In this document: positions 6,962 to 15,458 of the stretch, in pieces
Numbering within the stretch: the first letter of the stretch is position 1
How the letters are laid out: every line of letters starts with the position of its first letter
DNA from: an uncultured Sandaracinaceae bacterium
GTDB lineage: Bacteria > Myxococcota_A > Polyangia > Polyangiales > JAFGIB01
Direction: 5' to 3'
NCBI GenBank assembly: GCA_964450715.1
Contig: CAYVFC010000003.1
Coordinates: 5,407-69,406, forward strand
DNA: 64,000 nt
Position numbers and translations under genes: made by a program
Notes under the pieces: generated by a model
Database searches by the model: none
What the model was told of the DNA's origin: nothing
Seen by the model: the letters and a program-made list of their open reading frames with translations, nothing else

Positions 6962-8486
6962 GCGCGCCACGGGCGTGCTGGCCCTGTTCGGCGCCATCAT
7001 CGCCATGACGGCGCTGAACCGCGAGGTCGTCTCCATTTTACCTTTCGGGATCGAGGGCGACGGCCCGGGTTACATTTCCTATGCTGCCGCCCTCGGCGTG
7101 CACGGGTTCCGGGCGGTCGACCCCATGTGGCAGCCGGGCTACCCCTTTGCCCTGTGGCTGCTATCGCCGCTGTTCGCGGAGCCGTTCCGGGCCGGCGTGA
7201 TGATCTCCCTGGTCGCCGGCCTGGGCTTTTTGGCTCTCTGCTACCTGCTGGTGGCCGAGCGCTTCTCCGCCCCGCTCGGCCTGCTCTCGGTCGCCCTCAT
7301 CGCCAGCAGCGATCTGTTCGTCGTAAGCGCCTGCAGCGTCAACTCGGACATGACCTACGGCTGCCTGGCGCTGGGCAGCATCGCAGTGCTGTTTCGCGAG
7401 CGGATGCCCGCGGCCCGGCGCCTGGCCGTCGCCGGACTGCTGGCCGGCGCGGCCTATATGGTTCGACATCAGGCGCTTATGCTGCCGCTGCTCATGGCAC
7501 TCGTCTTGCCGACGCTGCCGCGCGGCGAGCGCCTGAAGGCCGGCCTATGGGGCGCGCTCGCCTTTTCGCTGGCTGCCCTTCCCGTGCTCGTCGCCTACGC
7601 TCTGCGTTTCGGCAATCCCCTCTACAATGAGCACTACCTCAACCTGGCCGGCGCGGCCTACTTCGACGGCAATCTGAACCTGTTCTTTCACGGGGGGCAC
7701 GCCGCGGCCTACGATTCGTGGGGCCAGGTACTGTCCGAGCGGCCGATGGCCATCGCGCGCTTTCTGGCGCTCAATTTTTGGCGGAGCTTCGCCGCGCTTC
7801 TTACCGAAACCCACGCGATACCCTTGCTCTGGGTCCCAGCCGTGGTGGGGATGGTGCGGATCAGGAGCGTCGACAGGCTCGTCCTGCTCGCCGCGCTGCT
7901 GCTCTGCCTTCTGTCCATGTCGACGGTTGCCACGCGGCCGCGCTACCTGCTGCTGGCGCTGCCGTTTTTCCTGCCCTTTGCGGTCGACGGCGCTGTTTGG
8001 GTTTATGGACGGGCGCGGGCGGCGATCGGGTGGAAGCTTCACGACGCCGTTCCGGCAGGTATCCTGCTGGCCGTTTTCGCGCTGCTGGCGGCGCGCGCCG
8101 GCCGGGAGGTGCTACGGGAAGAGGATCCGGTCTTCCGCGCGGCCGGGCTTTTACTCCGCGAGGCGACCGATCCGGGTGACCGAGCGCCGTTTCTCTCCAT
8201 CTACCCCTTTCACGTGGGGTACTACGCCGAAAGGCGCGGCGTGTTCCTGCTCTCGCCCCGTTTCAACCGGCCGCCCTATTCGCTCGAGGCCGCGAACCGG
8301 GCGCTGCGCGCGACCATCGAGAGAAACGGCGCCGGATACCTACTCTATTACAGGTTTCCCGGCTTCAACCGGCCCGCTTTTCCCCACCTCGCCTCGGCGG
8401 GCAGAGCCCCGCCCTTCCTCGAGCCGCTGGCCGAGCGATCCGATCCGCTGCTGGTCCTCTATCGCTACCGGCCGGAGCTTCGCTGA
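6957..8486 (+). CDS. Polytopic membrane protein, GT-C fold glycosyltransferase (PMT_2/ArnT-like, GT39/83-type)
   Basis: ORF track, 509 aa, with many hydrophobic segments. The first-loop pattern GDGPGYISYAAAL...QPGYPFALWLL resembles the D-x-x-x-Y...hPPl motif of ArnT/PMT_2 enzymes. The ATG lies inside the right end of the family A repeat. Confidence 0.55.
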   Translation: MTRATGVLALFGAIIAMTALNREVVSILPFGIEGDGPGYISYAAALGVHGFRAVDPMWQPGYPFALWLLSPLFAEPFRAGVMISLVAGLGFLALCYLLVAERFSAPLGLLSVALIASSDLFVVSACSVNSDMTYGCLALGSIAVLFRERMPAARRLAVAGLLAGAAYMVRHQALMLPLLMALVLPTLPRGERLKAGLWGALAFSLAALPVLVAYALRFGNPLYNEHYLNLAGAAYFDGNLNLFFHGGHAAAYDSWGQVLSERPMAIARFLALNFWRSFAALLTETHAIPLLWVPAVVGMVRIRSVDRLVLLAALLLCLLSMSTVATRPRYLLLALPFFLPFAVDGAVWVYGRARAAIGWKLHDAVPAGILLAVFALLAARAGREVLREEDPVFRAAGLLLREATDPGDRAPFLSIYPFHVGYYAERRGVFLLSPRFNRPPYSLEAANRALRATIERNGAGYLLYYRFPGFNRPAFPHLASAGRAPPFLEPLAERSDPLLVLYRYRPELR

Positions 8487-8561
8487 GCTTCTACGCGCTT
8501 GACAGCACTATTCCCGTCAATTCGTCCGCTCCCGCTGCCATTTTGCCCGCCCCCCCCTTTT

Positions 8562-8650
8562 GTCATTTCGACCGAAGGGAGAAATCTCGTTTGTGTAACA
8601 GAGATCTCTCACCTCCGTTCGAGATGACAACGATATTCGTTCGAGATGAC
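8562..8650. repeat. Palindromic dispersed repeat, family A, full copy
   Basis: Left arm 8562-8588, right arm 8601-8628, plus an extra partial right end at 8636-8650. Confidence 0.85.
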
Positions 8651-8656
8651 ACTTCG

Positions 8657-9547
8657 CTACGGGCACTCGGCGTGCATCTCGTCGTCGCAGGTCGGCTCGG
8701 GCTCGCCGCTGAAGTCGCAGGCATAGGTCTCGCCCTCGGAGCTGAAGGTCGCTTCGGCTGCGACGACTTTCCCGTTGGAAGTGTGCTCGCAAGGGCACGA
8801 GACCCCGATGGCTATGTACCCGAATCCCGAGCTCTTCCCGCCTTCCATATGGTAGAGGATGCACTCGTTTTCGGCGAACCAGGACGGAAACGTGGCGTCG
8901 TTCGCCTCACAGATCGTCTCGCTGGAGGAGCCGCACAGATCACCGGGATCGTCGGCGCAGGCCACGAACTGGTTCGCGCCGCAGTGCTCGGTGCCGTAGC
9001 AGTCGGTGAAGCAGCACCAGCCGTCCGTGCACTCGAGGTAATCATAGGTCGGTGCGCTTCCGCCCGAGCCGCCGTCGCCGCCGCTACCGCCGGTTCCGGC
9101 GGTTCCGGCCGTTCCCGCGGTACCGCCGGTTCCGGCGGTAGAGCCGCCCTCGCCGCCCTCGCTGCCGCCGGTTCCGGCAGCCGATCCGCCCTCGCCGCTG
9201 GTTCCGCCGCCTCCGCCGGACTCGCCGCCGCTTCCGCCGCTTCCGCCGGACTCGCCGCCGCTTCCGCCGCTTCCGCCGGACTCGCCGCCGGTGCCCGCGG
9301 CGGTTCCGCCGGAACCGCCTGTGCCGGATCCGGAACCGCTGCTGTCGACCACGCACTTGTCGGACAGGCAGACCAGCCCCGTGTCGCAGGTTCCACCCGA
9401 CGTACAGTCACAGCCCTCGGACCCAACATCGCAGTCGTTCGCCTCTTCCTCGCAGGCCGTCACCGCAACCGTGCCCAGCATCACCGCTCCCAGTAAAACG
9501 GCTCGCAAAATCGCGGATTCAACGCTCGTTCCCCTCGTCCTCATCAT
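8657..9547 (-). CDS. Secreted lipoprotein with a Gly/Ser-rich linker and Cys-rich N- and C-terminal modules
   Basis: ORF 8657..9691. The internal start MMRTRG at 9547 is preceded by GGGAGG. The signal and lipobox read LGTVAVTAC. The linker is (GGESGGSGGS)n. The C-terminal domain has many Cys. Confidence 0.7.
   Translation of the reverse strand: MMRTRGTSVESAILRAVLLGAVMLGTVAVTACEEEANDCDVGSEGCDCTSGGTCDTGLVCLSDKCVVDSSGSGSGTGGSGGTAAGTGGESGGSGGSGGESGGSGGSGGESGGGGGTSGEGGSAAGTGGSEGGEGGSTAGTGGTAGTAGTAGTGGSGGDGGSGGSAPTYDYLECTDGWCCFTDCYGTEHCGANQFVACADDPGDLCGSSSETICEANDATFPSWFAENECILYHMEGGKSSGFGYIAIGVSCPCEHTSNGKVVAAEATFSSEGETYACDFSGEPEPTCDDEMHAECP
9213..9292. repeat. Perfect 30-bp tandem repeat (about 2.7 units) inside the lipoprotein linker
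   Basis: CCGCCGGACTCGCCGCCGCTTCCGCCGCTT is repeated head to tail. It encodes SGGSGGSGGE units on the minus strand. Confidence 0.8.
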
Positions 9548-9721
9548 CCGACCTCCCAGTCGACCTCTGCCGGGCCAGGGCCATTGCGGCGCTGCGAAAA
9601 ACCCTGCAGAGAAGCCAAGAACCTTCCCGGATACCCGGAATCCCTTCCAGCCCATTTTTATCAGGTTTCGACCGACCCTTCTACAGCTCACCGGTTGTCA
9701 GCCGGTCGCCGGGGCACCAGA

Positions 9722-10678
9722 ATGGGGGCGAGTCGATCGATGAGACGCAAGGCCGCGCTGTACTGCGAAAACCAGGGATCGGAGCCGACGATCCATTCGT
9801 TTCTGGACCGGATCGTGATCGGGCGCCGCCAGCCCGGCGACCCGGATCAGTGCCACATCGTCATCCCCGACCGGATGGTCTCGGCACGCCACTGTATCGT
9901 CAGCCAGTCGTCGGACGGCCGCTTCCTGCTCCGGGACGTCAGCCGCAACGGCGTCCGGGTAGACGGGCGGAGAATCGCGCCGAACGTGGAGACCGAGCTC
10001 GCGCCGGGGGCGGTCATCCAGATCGCCGGCCGCAGCTTCACGTTCCGGGTCGAGGAGGCACCGGTCGAGCGGGCATCGACGGTCCGCGAGCAGGACTCGA
10101 CCGAGGCCGCCGCTGGCGAGTCGCCGGTAACCCTGCTGGTGGGCGATATCCGGGGCTACACCACCTTGAGCCAGCAGTTCGGCCCGGCCGATGTCGCCGG
10201 ATCGGTCCGAACGGTCTTCGAACGGTTAGCAGCATTCATCGGGCAGATGAAGGGCACGGTAAAGGAGTACCAGGGCGATGCCATCGTAGCCTTCTGGGAG
10301 GGCGATCTCAACCCGCCGTTTCAGTTCGCCCTGGACGCCTGCAACGCGGCGCTGCGCTTGCACGAGGAAGTGCGCGCCATGGCGGGCAATCCGGGCGTCT
10401 GGCGGATAAGGGACTTTCCCCTGCAGATGGATTTCGCGCTGGCTTCCGGCATGGTGTCTATCACCACCGTGGGGGGCAACCTGGCCGTGGTGGGCGACCC
10501 CATCAACTACGCCTTCCGGCTGGAGAAGTTGGCGACCGACCAGACGGGTTTCATCCTGACCTGCAACACCACCCAACTTCTAGCCAAGAAGGGCTTCCGC
10601 TTCCGGCCCCTGGGCGTGACCCAGGTCAAGGGGCGGGCCAAGGCCGAGCCGATCTTTTCCCTTCAGGGCGCTCTGTAG
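9722..10678 (+). CDS. FHA domain - class III adenylate/guanylate cyclase
   Basis: ORF 9584..10678, with ATG 9722 preferred. The FHA pattern is IGRR...VSARHCIV...RFLLRDVSRNGVRVDG. The cyclase motifs are LLVGDIRGYTTL, GDAIVAFW and VVGDPINYAFRLE. Confidence 0.85.
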   Translation: MGASRSMRRKAALYCENQGSEPTIHSFLDRIVIGRRQPGDPDQCHIVIPDRMVSARHCIVSQSSDGRFLLRDVSRNGVRVDGRRIAPNVETELAPGAVIQIAGRSFTFRVEEAPVERASTVREQDSTEAAAGESPVTLLVGDIRGYTTLSQQFGPADVAGSVRTVFERLAAFIGQMKGTVKEYQGDAIVAFWEGDLNPPFQFALDACNAALRLHEEVRAMAGNPGVWRIRDFPLQMDFALASGMVSITTVGGNLAVVGDPINYAFRLEKLATDQTGFILTCNTTQLLAKKGFRFRPLGVTQVKGRAKAEPIFSLQGAL

Positions 10679-10713
10679 ACGTCGGCGCCGAAGCCGTCGG
10701 TTATCGCGTTTCT

Positions 10714-10803
10714 GTCATTTCGACCGAAGGGAGAAATCTCTTCCTTTGATGATGGAGATCTCTCGCTCCGCTCGAGATGACACTTCACCTGGCTCGAGAT
10801 GAC
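10714..10803. repeat. Palindromic dispersed repeat, family A, full copy
   Basis: Left arm 10714-10740, right arm 10755-10781, plus an extra partial right end at 10791-10803. It sits between convergent genes. Confidence 0.85.
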
Positions 10804-10833
10804 ACCGCGCCGACGTTCGTTTCGGTATACGAT

Positions 10834-12474
10834 CTACGAACCCAGGATGGTATCCAGCGAGCTCTTTTTCGGTTGGGGCTCGTCGTCATCGGCGCCCAGC
10901 ACCGAGTCCAGGATCCGTTCCTTGCCGGCCGGCCGGGCGGGTTTCGCTGGAACGGGCGCCTTCTGCCGGCGGCTTACCCGGCGTTTCGGCGCCGCGGCCG
11001 GCTTCGAGGCCGAATCGACCGCATCGCTCTTCGCGCGCGCGCGGGCGGCCGTTGTGCCCCGGTCATCCGTCGCGCTCGGCCGATCGGCCCGGTCGGCGAC
11101 CGCGGCGTCCGCTCGCCTCGCGGCCAGCGCGTTTTTATTTGCGATATCCGTCGCGCTCGATTGCGACCCCGGCGGCTCGTACGGGTGAAGCTCGTTCATC
11201 GCGTCGGTCGATCCGTTCTCGTCCGTGTCCCCGCCGCCGCCCGCGCCCCCGGCGAAAAAGCCCACCGCTACCAGCGCGCCGCCCAGCAGTATCGCGGCCA
11301 GACCCAGCAGCGGCGCGCGACTGGATATCGTCCGTCGCATGGGCACGTTGACCGGCTGCAGGGTCGACGACTCCGCCGCCGCCTTGGCCTGCGGTCCGGC
11401 GGCCGAGGTCACGGCAGCCGCGTCGGCAGCCGCGTCGGTCCGGGCTTCGGGCGCGCCGCCAGGTACCGCGTAGGTCTCCTCCGCCGGGTCTCCTCCGCCG
11501 GCCGGCGAGTCGCCGGGCGGGGAAGCGCCCGGGGAGCCCGGCCCGGCTTCGTCTTTGATCGGCGAATCCAGCCCCCCGACCGGATGGTCGTTGCTCGCTT
11601 CCCAGTCCAGTTGTTGATCGGGAAAGAAGGGCGCGAGCGCCTTGGCCAGGCTGGCCACGTCCTGGTAGCGCGTCTCGAGTGAGCTCGATATCGCCCGCTT
11701 GACCACGGCGTCGAGCTCGGCCGGAAGCTCCTCGACGTGCTCGGTCATGGGGGTCGGGTTGCCCTCGTGAATCTTGATCGCCAGCTCCAGGATGCTCCCT
11801 TCGTAGGGCATCTGCCCGGTGAGCACCTCGTAGAGGATGACGCCCAGCGCGTAGACGTCGGTCTGGACGGTGACGTTCCTGGCATCCTGTAGCTGCTCGG
11901 GGGACATGTAAAGGAGCGTGCCCATGGTGCTCCCCTCCTGGGTCAGGGTGCCCTGCCCCCTACCCTCGGTCACCTTGGCGATGCCGAAATCGAGCACCTT
12001 GGGGGTCCAGCCCTCGGGCGTCTCGGCCAGGAAGATGTTCGCCGGCTTGAGATCGCGGTGCACCACGCCCTTCTGGTGGGCCGCGTAAACGCCCCGCAAT
12101 ACCGGTCCCATGACGCGGCCCGTTTGCTCCAGCGGTAGGCGCCCCTCCCCCAGGTAGTCGCTCAGCGACTGACCTTCGAGAAACTCCATGACGATGTACG
12201 GGGCGCCCGTCTCGGTGCTGATGTCGATGGGCCTGACCACGTTGGGATGCTCGATGCGCGCTGCGACCTGGGCCTCGGTCAGGAAGCGTTTGACCGCCAC
12301 CTCGTGGCTGGCCAGATGCGGCATCAACCACTTGATGGCCACGCGGTTGCCGAGCACGGTATGGGTGGCCGCATAGACCGCGCCCATCGCTCCCTCGCCG
12401 ATCTTCCTGTCGATGCGATACTTGCCGTTGTCGACCAGGTCGCCGACCTGGGGGAGCTGTGGTTCGCTACTCAC
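10834..12474 (-). CDS. Ser/Thr protein kinase with a C-terminal TM segment and a Pro/Ala-rich tail
   Basis: ORF track, 546 aa. Motifs are GEGAMGAVY...VAIK, VVHRDLKPANIFL, DFGIAKV and YMSPEQ. Confidence 0.9.
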   Translation of the reverse strand: MSSEPQLPQVGDLVDNGKYRIDRKIGEGAMGAVYAATHTVLGNRVAIKWLMPHLASHEVAVKRFLTEAQVAARIEHPNVVRPIDISTETGAPYIVMEFLEGQSLSDYLGEGRLPLEQTGRVMGPVLRGVYAAHQKGVVHRDLKPANIFLAETPEGWTPKVLDFGIAKVTEGRGQGTLTQEGSTMGTLLYMSPEQLQDARNVTVQTDVYALGVILYEVLTGQMPYEGSILELAIKIHEGNPTPMTEHVEELPAELDAVVKRAISSSLETRYQDVASLAKALAPFFPDQQLDWEASNDHPVGGLDSPIKDEAGPGSPGASPPGDSPAGGGDPAEETYAVPGGAPEARTDAAADAAAVTSAAGPQAKAAAESSTLQPVNVPMRRTISSRAPLLGLAAILLGGALVAVGFFAGGAGGGGDTDENGSTDAMNELHPYEPPGSQSSATDIANKNALAARRADAAVADRADRPSATDDRGTTAARARAKSDAVDSASKPAAAPKRRVSRRQKAPVPAKPARPAGKERILDSVLGADDDEPQPKKSSLDTILGS

Positions 12475-12579
12475 TATGGATCCGCGCTGTCGGCCGGGAT
12501 TTTGGAGCCCGGATCAGTGTACCGCATTTCCGGGGCACGGACGACCGCGGGCCGATCGCCGCGGCAAACCGAGCGGAAA

Positions 12580-13602
12580 TCAGAACCGGCCGTCCAGGCA
12601 AAGACCTGCCACCGACGGGCCGACCACGGGCGTGACGCTCGCCGATTCGCTCGGCTCGCCCGGCAGGACGAAGTGCAGCACCACGCCCGTGCCCACGGTC
12701 AACACGCCGGCCACCCAGAGCACGTCGGTCACGGTCGCCAGGGTGTCGGCGCTCTGCTTGGTCGATTCGAGATCCGGGTCGCAGACGTCGTCGCGGCACT
12801 TCTGCTCCAGCTCGCTCTGCTCCACCAGTGCCATCACCCCGGTCACCGCGGCTCCGATCAGCATCGCGCCGCCCACGCCGGCCACCACCACCGGAACCAG
12901 GGGAAACCCGCCGCCGGTATCCTCTGCTCTCTCCGACCCGGGAGCCGAAGCCGAATCCGCTGTGGAAGCCGGCGACGCGGCCGCAGGCAAAGCGGCAGCC
13001 GGTGCAGCCGCCAGCTCGGTCTCGGGCGCCCGTGCCTTTTGCAGCACGTATATGAGCTCCTTGCTCTCGCCGCCCTTTACCTCGAGCTCGGCGGTCAGCG
13101 TCTGGTAGCCGTCCGCGGATACCGTGACGGGGTGACGGCCAGCTTCCAGAAAGGCCCGGCCCTTATCGTCCAGCTCGAGGGGCTGGTCCGCGATCTTTAT
13201 CTCGGCCTCCCGCGGAGAGAGCTCGACCGTGAAGGCGCCCACCCGCTGGCGCGCCCGCTCGAGCAGGCTCTCGGCTTTTTCGCGCCGCTTGTCCTCGAGC
13301 GGGTAGCGCTGGATTCCCTCTTGCAGGTTGCGTACCGCCCGCACGTTGTCGCCATCCTCCAGCGAGCAGCGGCCGATGGCCAGGTAGACCAGGGGATCGT
13401 CGGCTCTAAGCGCGCGCGCCCTCTCGAAGTAGTGCACGCAGGCCTTCCAGTCCGAGTCGATCACCGCCGCTTCCCCCTTTTTCAGCAGCTGCTCGTAGCT
13501 CTCCCCGGATCCGGCGTCGCCGTTGGGCCTGCTCTGCGCGGCGACCCCCCGGGGCACGCCGATAACCGCTACCATCATCAAGACGCTCGGTCCGATTCGC
13601 AT
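12580..13602 (-). CDS. Secreted TPR-like / PEGA-domain protein with a C-terminal TM anchor
   Basis: ORF 12580..13896. The internal start MRIGPSVLMMVAVIG (signal peptide) at 13602 is preceded by AGGAGGA. The PEGA-like strand pattern is VTVSADGYQTLTAELEV. The hydrophobic segment is VVVAGVGGAMLIGAAVTGVMAL. Confidence 0.7.
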   Translation of the reverse strand: MRIGPSVLMMVAVIGVPRGVAAQSRPNGDAGSGESYEQLLKKGEAAVIDSDWKACVHYFERARALRADDPLVYLAIGRCSLEDGDNVRAVRNLQEGIQRYPLEDKRREKAESLLERARQRVGAFTVELSPREAEIKIADQPLELDDKGRAFLEAGRHPVTVSADGYQTLTAELEVKGGESKELIYVLQKARAPETELAAAPAAALPAAASPASTADSASAPGSERAEDTGGGFPLVPVVVAGVGGAMLIGAAVTGVMALVEQSELEQKCRDDVCDPDLESTKQSADTLATVTDVLWVAGVLTVGTGVVLHFVLPGEPSESASVTPVVGPSVAGLCLDGRF

Positions 13603-13654
13603 GGGCTTCCTCCTGCCTTCGAGCGCCTCCACTTCCCTCGACGCGCTTCGACGA

Positions 13655-15319
13655 TCAAGGAACATACTTCGCCGTCCAGATGTTGTTACCGTCCGTTTGA
13701 TCGATGTGTCCGGTGACCAGGACGTTGTTCTCCGAGTCGGCGGCGATGGCGTAGGCGGTGTCGTGACCGTCGGCGTCGCCGTTGCGGGTCCGCGTCCAGA
13801 GCACGACGCCGTCCGAGCTGTACTTGCGGACCCAGGCGTCAGCTCCCTGGGCGGCGTCGAGCTCGCTGCCGGCGACCAGCACGTTGCCCCGGGCATCGAC
13901 CGCTACGCCGTATCCCCGGTCGTCGCCGTCCACGCCGTTGTTGTTGTAGGTCTCGCTCCAGAGCAGCGATCCGTCGGCGCCGTCGAGCTTGCCGATCCAG
14001 ATATCCGCGCCCTGGCCCGAGACGGTCTGGTAACCGGCCACCAGCACGTCATCCTCTCCATCGATAGCGATGGCCCGGCCCTCGTCGGGCAGATCGCCGT
14101 TGCCGGAGAAGGTGGCGGTCCACAGCTCGGCCCCGTCCGGATCGTACTTGCGAACCCAGATGTCCGTACCCTGGCCCGTGACGGTCTGGTAACCGGCCAC
14201 CAGCACGTTGTCCGCGGAATCGACGGCAATGCCGTAACCGACATCGTCGCCATCCGCGCTGCCGTTGTGGGTCCGGGTCCACTGCTCGCCCGAGCCGCTG
14301 CTCCCATATTTGCCGATCCAGATGTCGCCGCCCTCGCCCCCGAGCCCGACGGTACCGGTGACCAGCACGTTACCCGCCGAGTCCAGCGCCACGCCGTAGC
14401 CGTAGTCAAAGCCGGCGCTGGAGTCGGGCTGCTGGCTCCACGGCGCTGCTCTGCCCTCGGCGCCGTACTGCAAAAGCCAGATATCCGTATAGCTGTCGGC
14501 GGTGAGCACGTAGCCCACGACCACGGCGTCGCCCGCGGAATCGACGGCAACGCCGCAACCCCGGTCATCGCCGCTCGACTCGCCGTTATAGTAGCGGTCG
14601 TCCGTCCACAGGGCCGTTCCCGCCGGGTCGTACTTGACCGTCCAGATATCCCTGCCCGACGCGCTACCGTCGCCGCAGGAGGTTCCGGTCACCAGCAGGT
14701 TGTCCGAGGCGTCCGCGGCAACGCCGAAACCGCGGCTGTCGCACTCGGCGGCGCTGTGCAGCCGCTCCCACTCGCGCGTGCCGACCGCGCAGCCGCCGCC
14801 GCCGTCGCACCGGCCGGTCGAGCTCTCGCACGAGGTCTCGCTACGCTGGTAGTTGCTCTGGCATACACCCTGCCCGTCGCAGGCATCGGGCAGATCGCAC
14901 TCGGTCTGGCTCGGGTCGCCGCAGGCCGTTCCTTCGGCTACGGCGCAGCTTCCCGCCACCTCGTCGCAGGTGTCGTTGCACTCGTCGCCGCCCTGGCACG
15001 GATCGCCCGCGTGGGTGCAGTTTCCCTCGGCGTCGCAGCTATCCACGCCGTTGCAGAAGATCCCGTCGTCGCAGCTCTGCCCCTCGTCCAGCCAGAAGCA
15101 GCCGTCGCAGCAAGCGTCGCCTTCCGAGCAGGTGCATCGACCGCCGTCTTGCGGCGAGCCGCCGTCGTTCTCGCCGGCACTGCCGCCGTCATCCGTATCG
15201 CGGAACACGTACTTGTCCGTGTCGATGATCGTCGAGCACGAGGTGAGCAAAAAAAGCGCGGGCAAGAGTATCGCCGCGTTCGGGGCAATTCGTTTTAGAT
15301 CTCTCGTCGCCATGTTCAT
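13655..15319 (-). CDS. Lipoprotein with an N-terminal Cys-rich module and SBBP-type beta-propeller repeats
   Basis: ORF 13655..15418, with start MNMATRDLKR at 15319. The lipobox is LFLLTSC. The repeated pattern is D.(A/S)GNVLV(T/A)G......DIW..KY...G...W. Confidence 0.75.
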   Translation of the reverse strand: MNMATRDLKRIAPNAAILLPALFLLTSCSTIIDTDKYVFRDTDDGGSAGENDGGSPQDGGRCTCSEGDACCDGCFWLDEGQSCDDGIFCNGVDSCDAEGNCTHAGDPCQGGDECNDTCDEVAGSCAVAEGTACGDPSQTECDLPDACDGQGVCQSNYQRSETSCESSTGRCDGGGGCAVGTREWERLHSAAECDSRGFGVAADASDNLLVTGTSCGDGSASGRDIWTVKYDPAGTALWTDDRYYNGESSGDDRGCGVAVDSAGDAVVVGYVLTADSYTDIWLLQYGAEGRAAPWSQQPDSSAGFDYGYGVALDSAGNVLVTGTVGLGGEGGDIWIGKYGSSGSGEQWTRTHNGSADGDDVGYGIAVDSADNVLVAGYQTVTGQGTDIWVRKYDPDGAELWTATFSGNGDLPDEGRAIAIDGEDDVLVAGYQTVSGQGADIWIGKLDGADGSLLWSETYNNNGVDGDDRGYGVAVDARGNVLVAGSELDAAQGADAWVRKYSSDGVVLWTRTRNGDADGHDTAYAIAADSENNVLVTGHIDQTDGNNIWTAKYVP

Positions 15320-15458
15320 CGTCGAGCCTCGCTCAACCGTAAGATGCCATGATATCGCTTCCGAACGGTATGCTGTAGCCGAGGCGCGGGGGAAGCCCGC
15401 GGCGCGAGTGGAGACCACGGGGCATCAATAGCCGCGCCTCATGCCGAAAAGACGCATC

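Noticed and set aside
6879-10803. Family A repeats considered as a CRISPR array
   Set aside because: The copies are kilobases apart and separated by genes. They are internally palindromic and of variable structure. No regular spacers or cas genes are present.
12247-15298. Long plus-strand ORFs (12247..13716, 13523..15298)
   Set aside because: They are antisense to the kinase, PEGA and SBBP lipoprotein genes. Their composition is His/Arg/Ala/Gly-rich without motifs.
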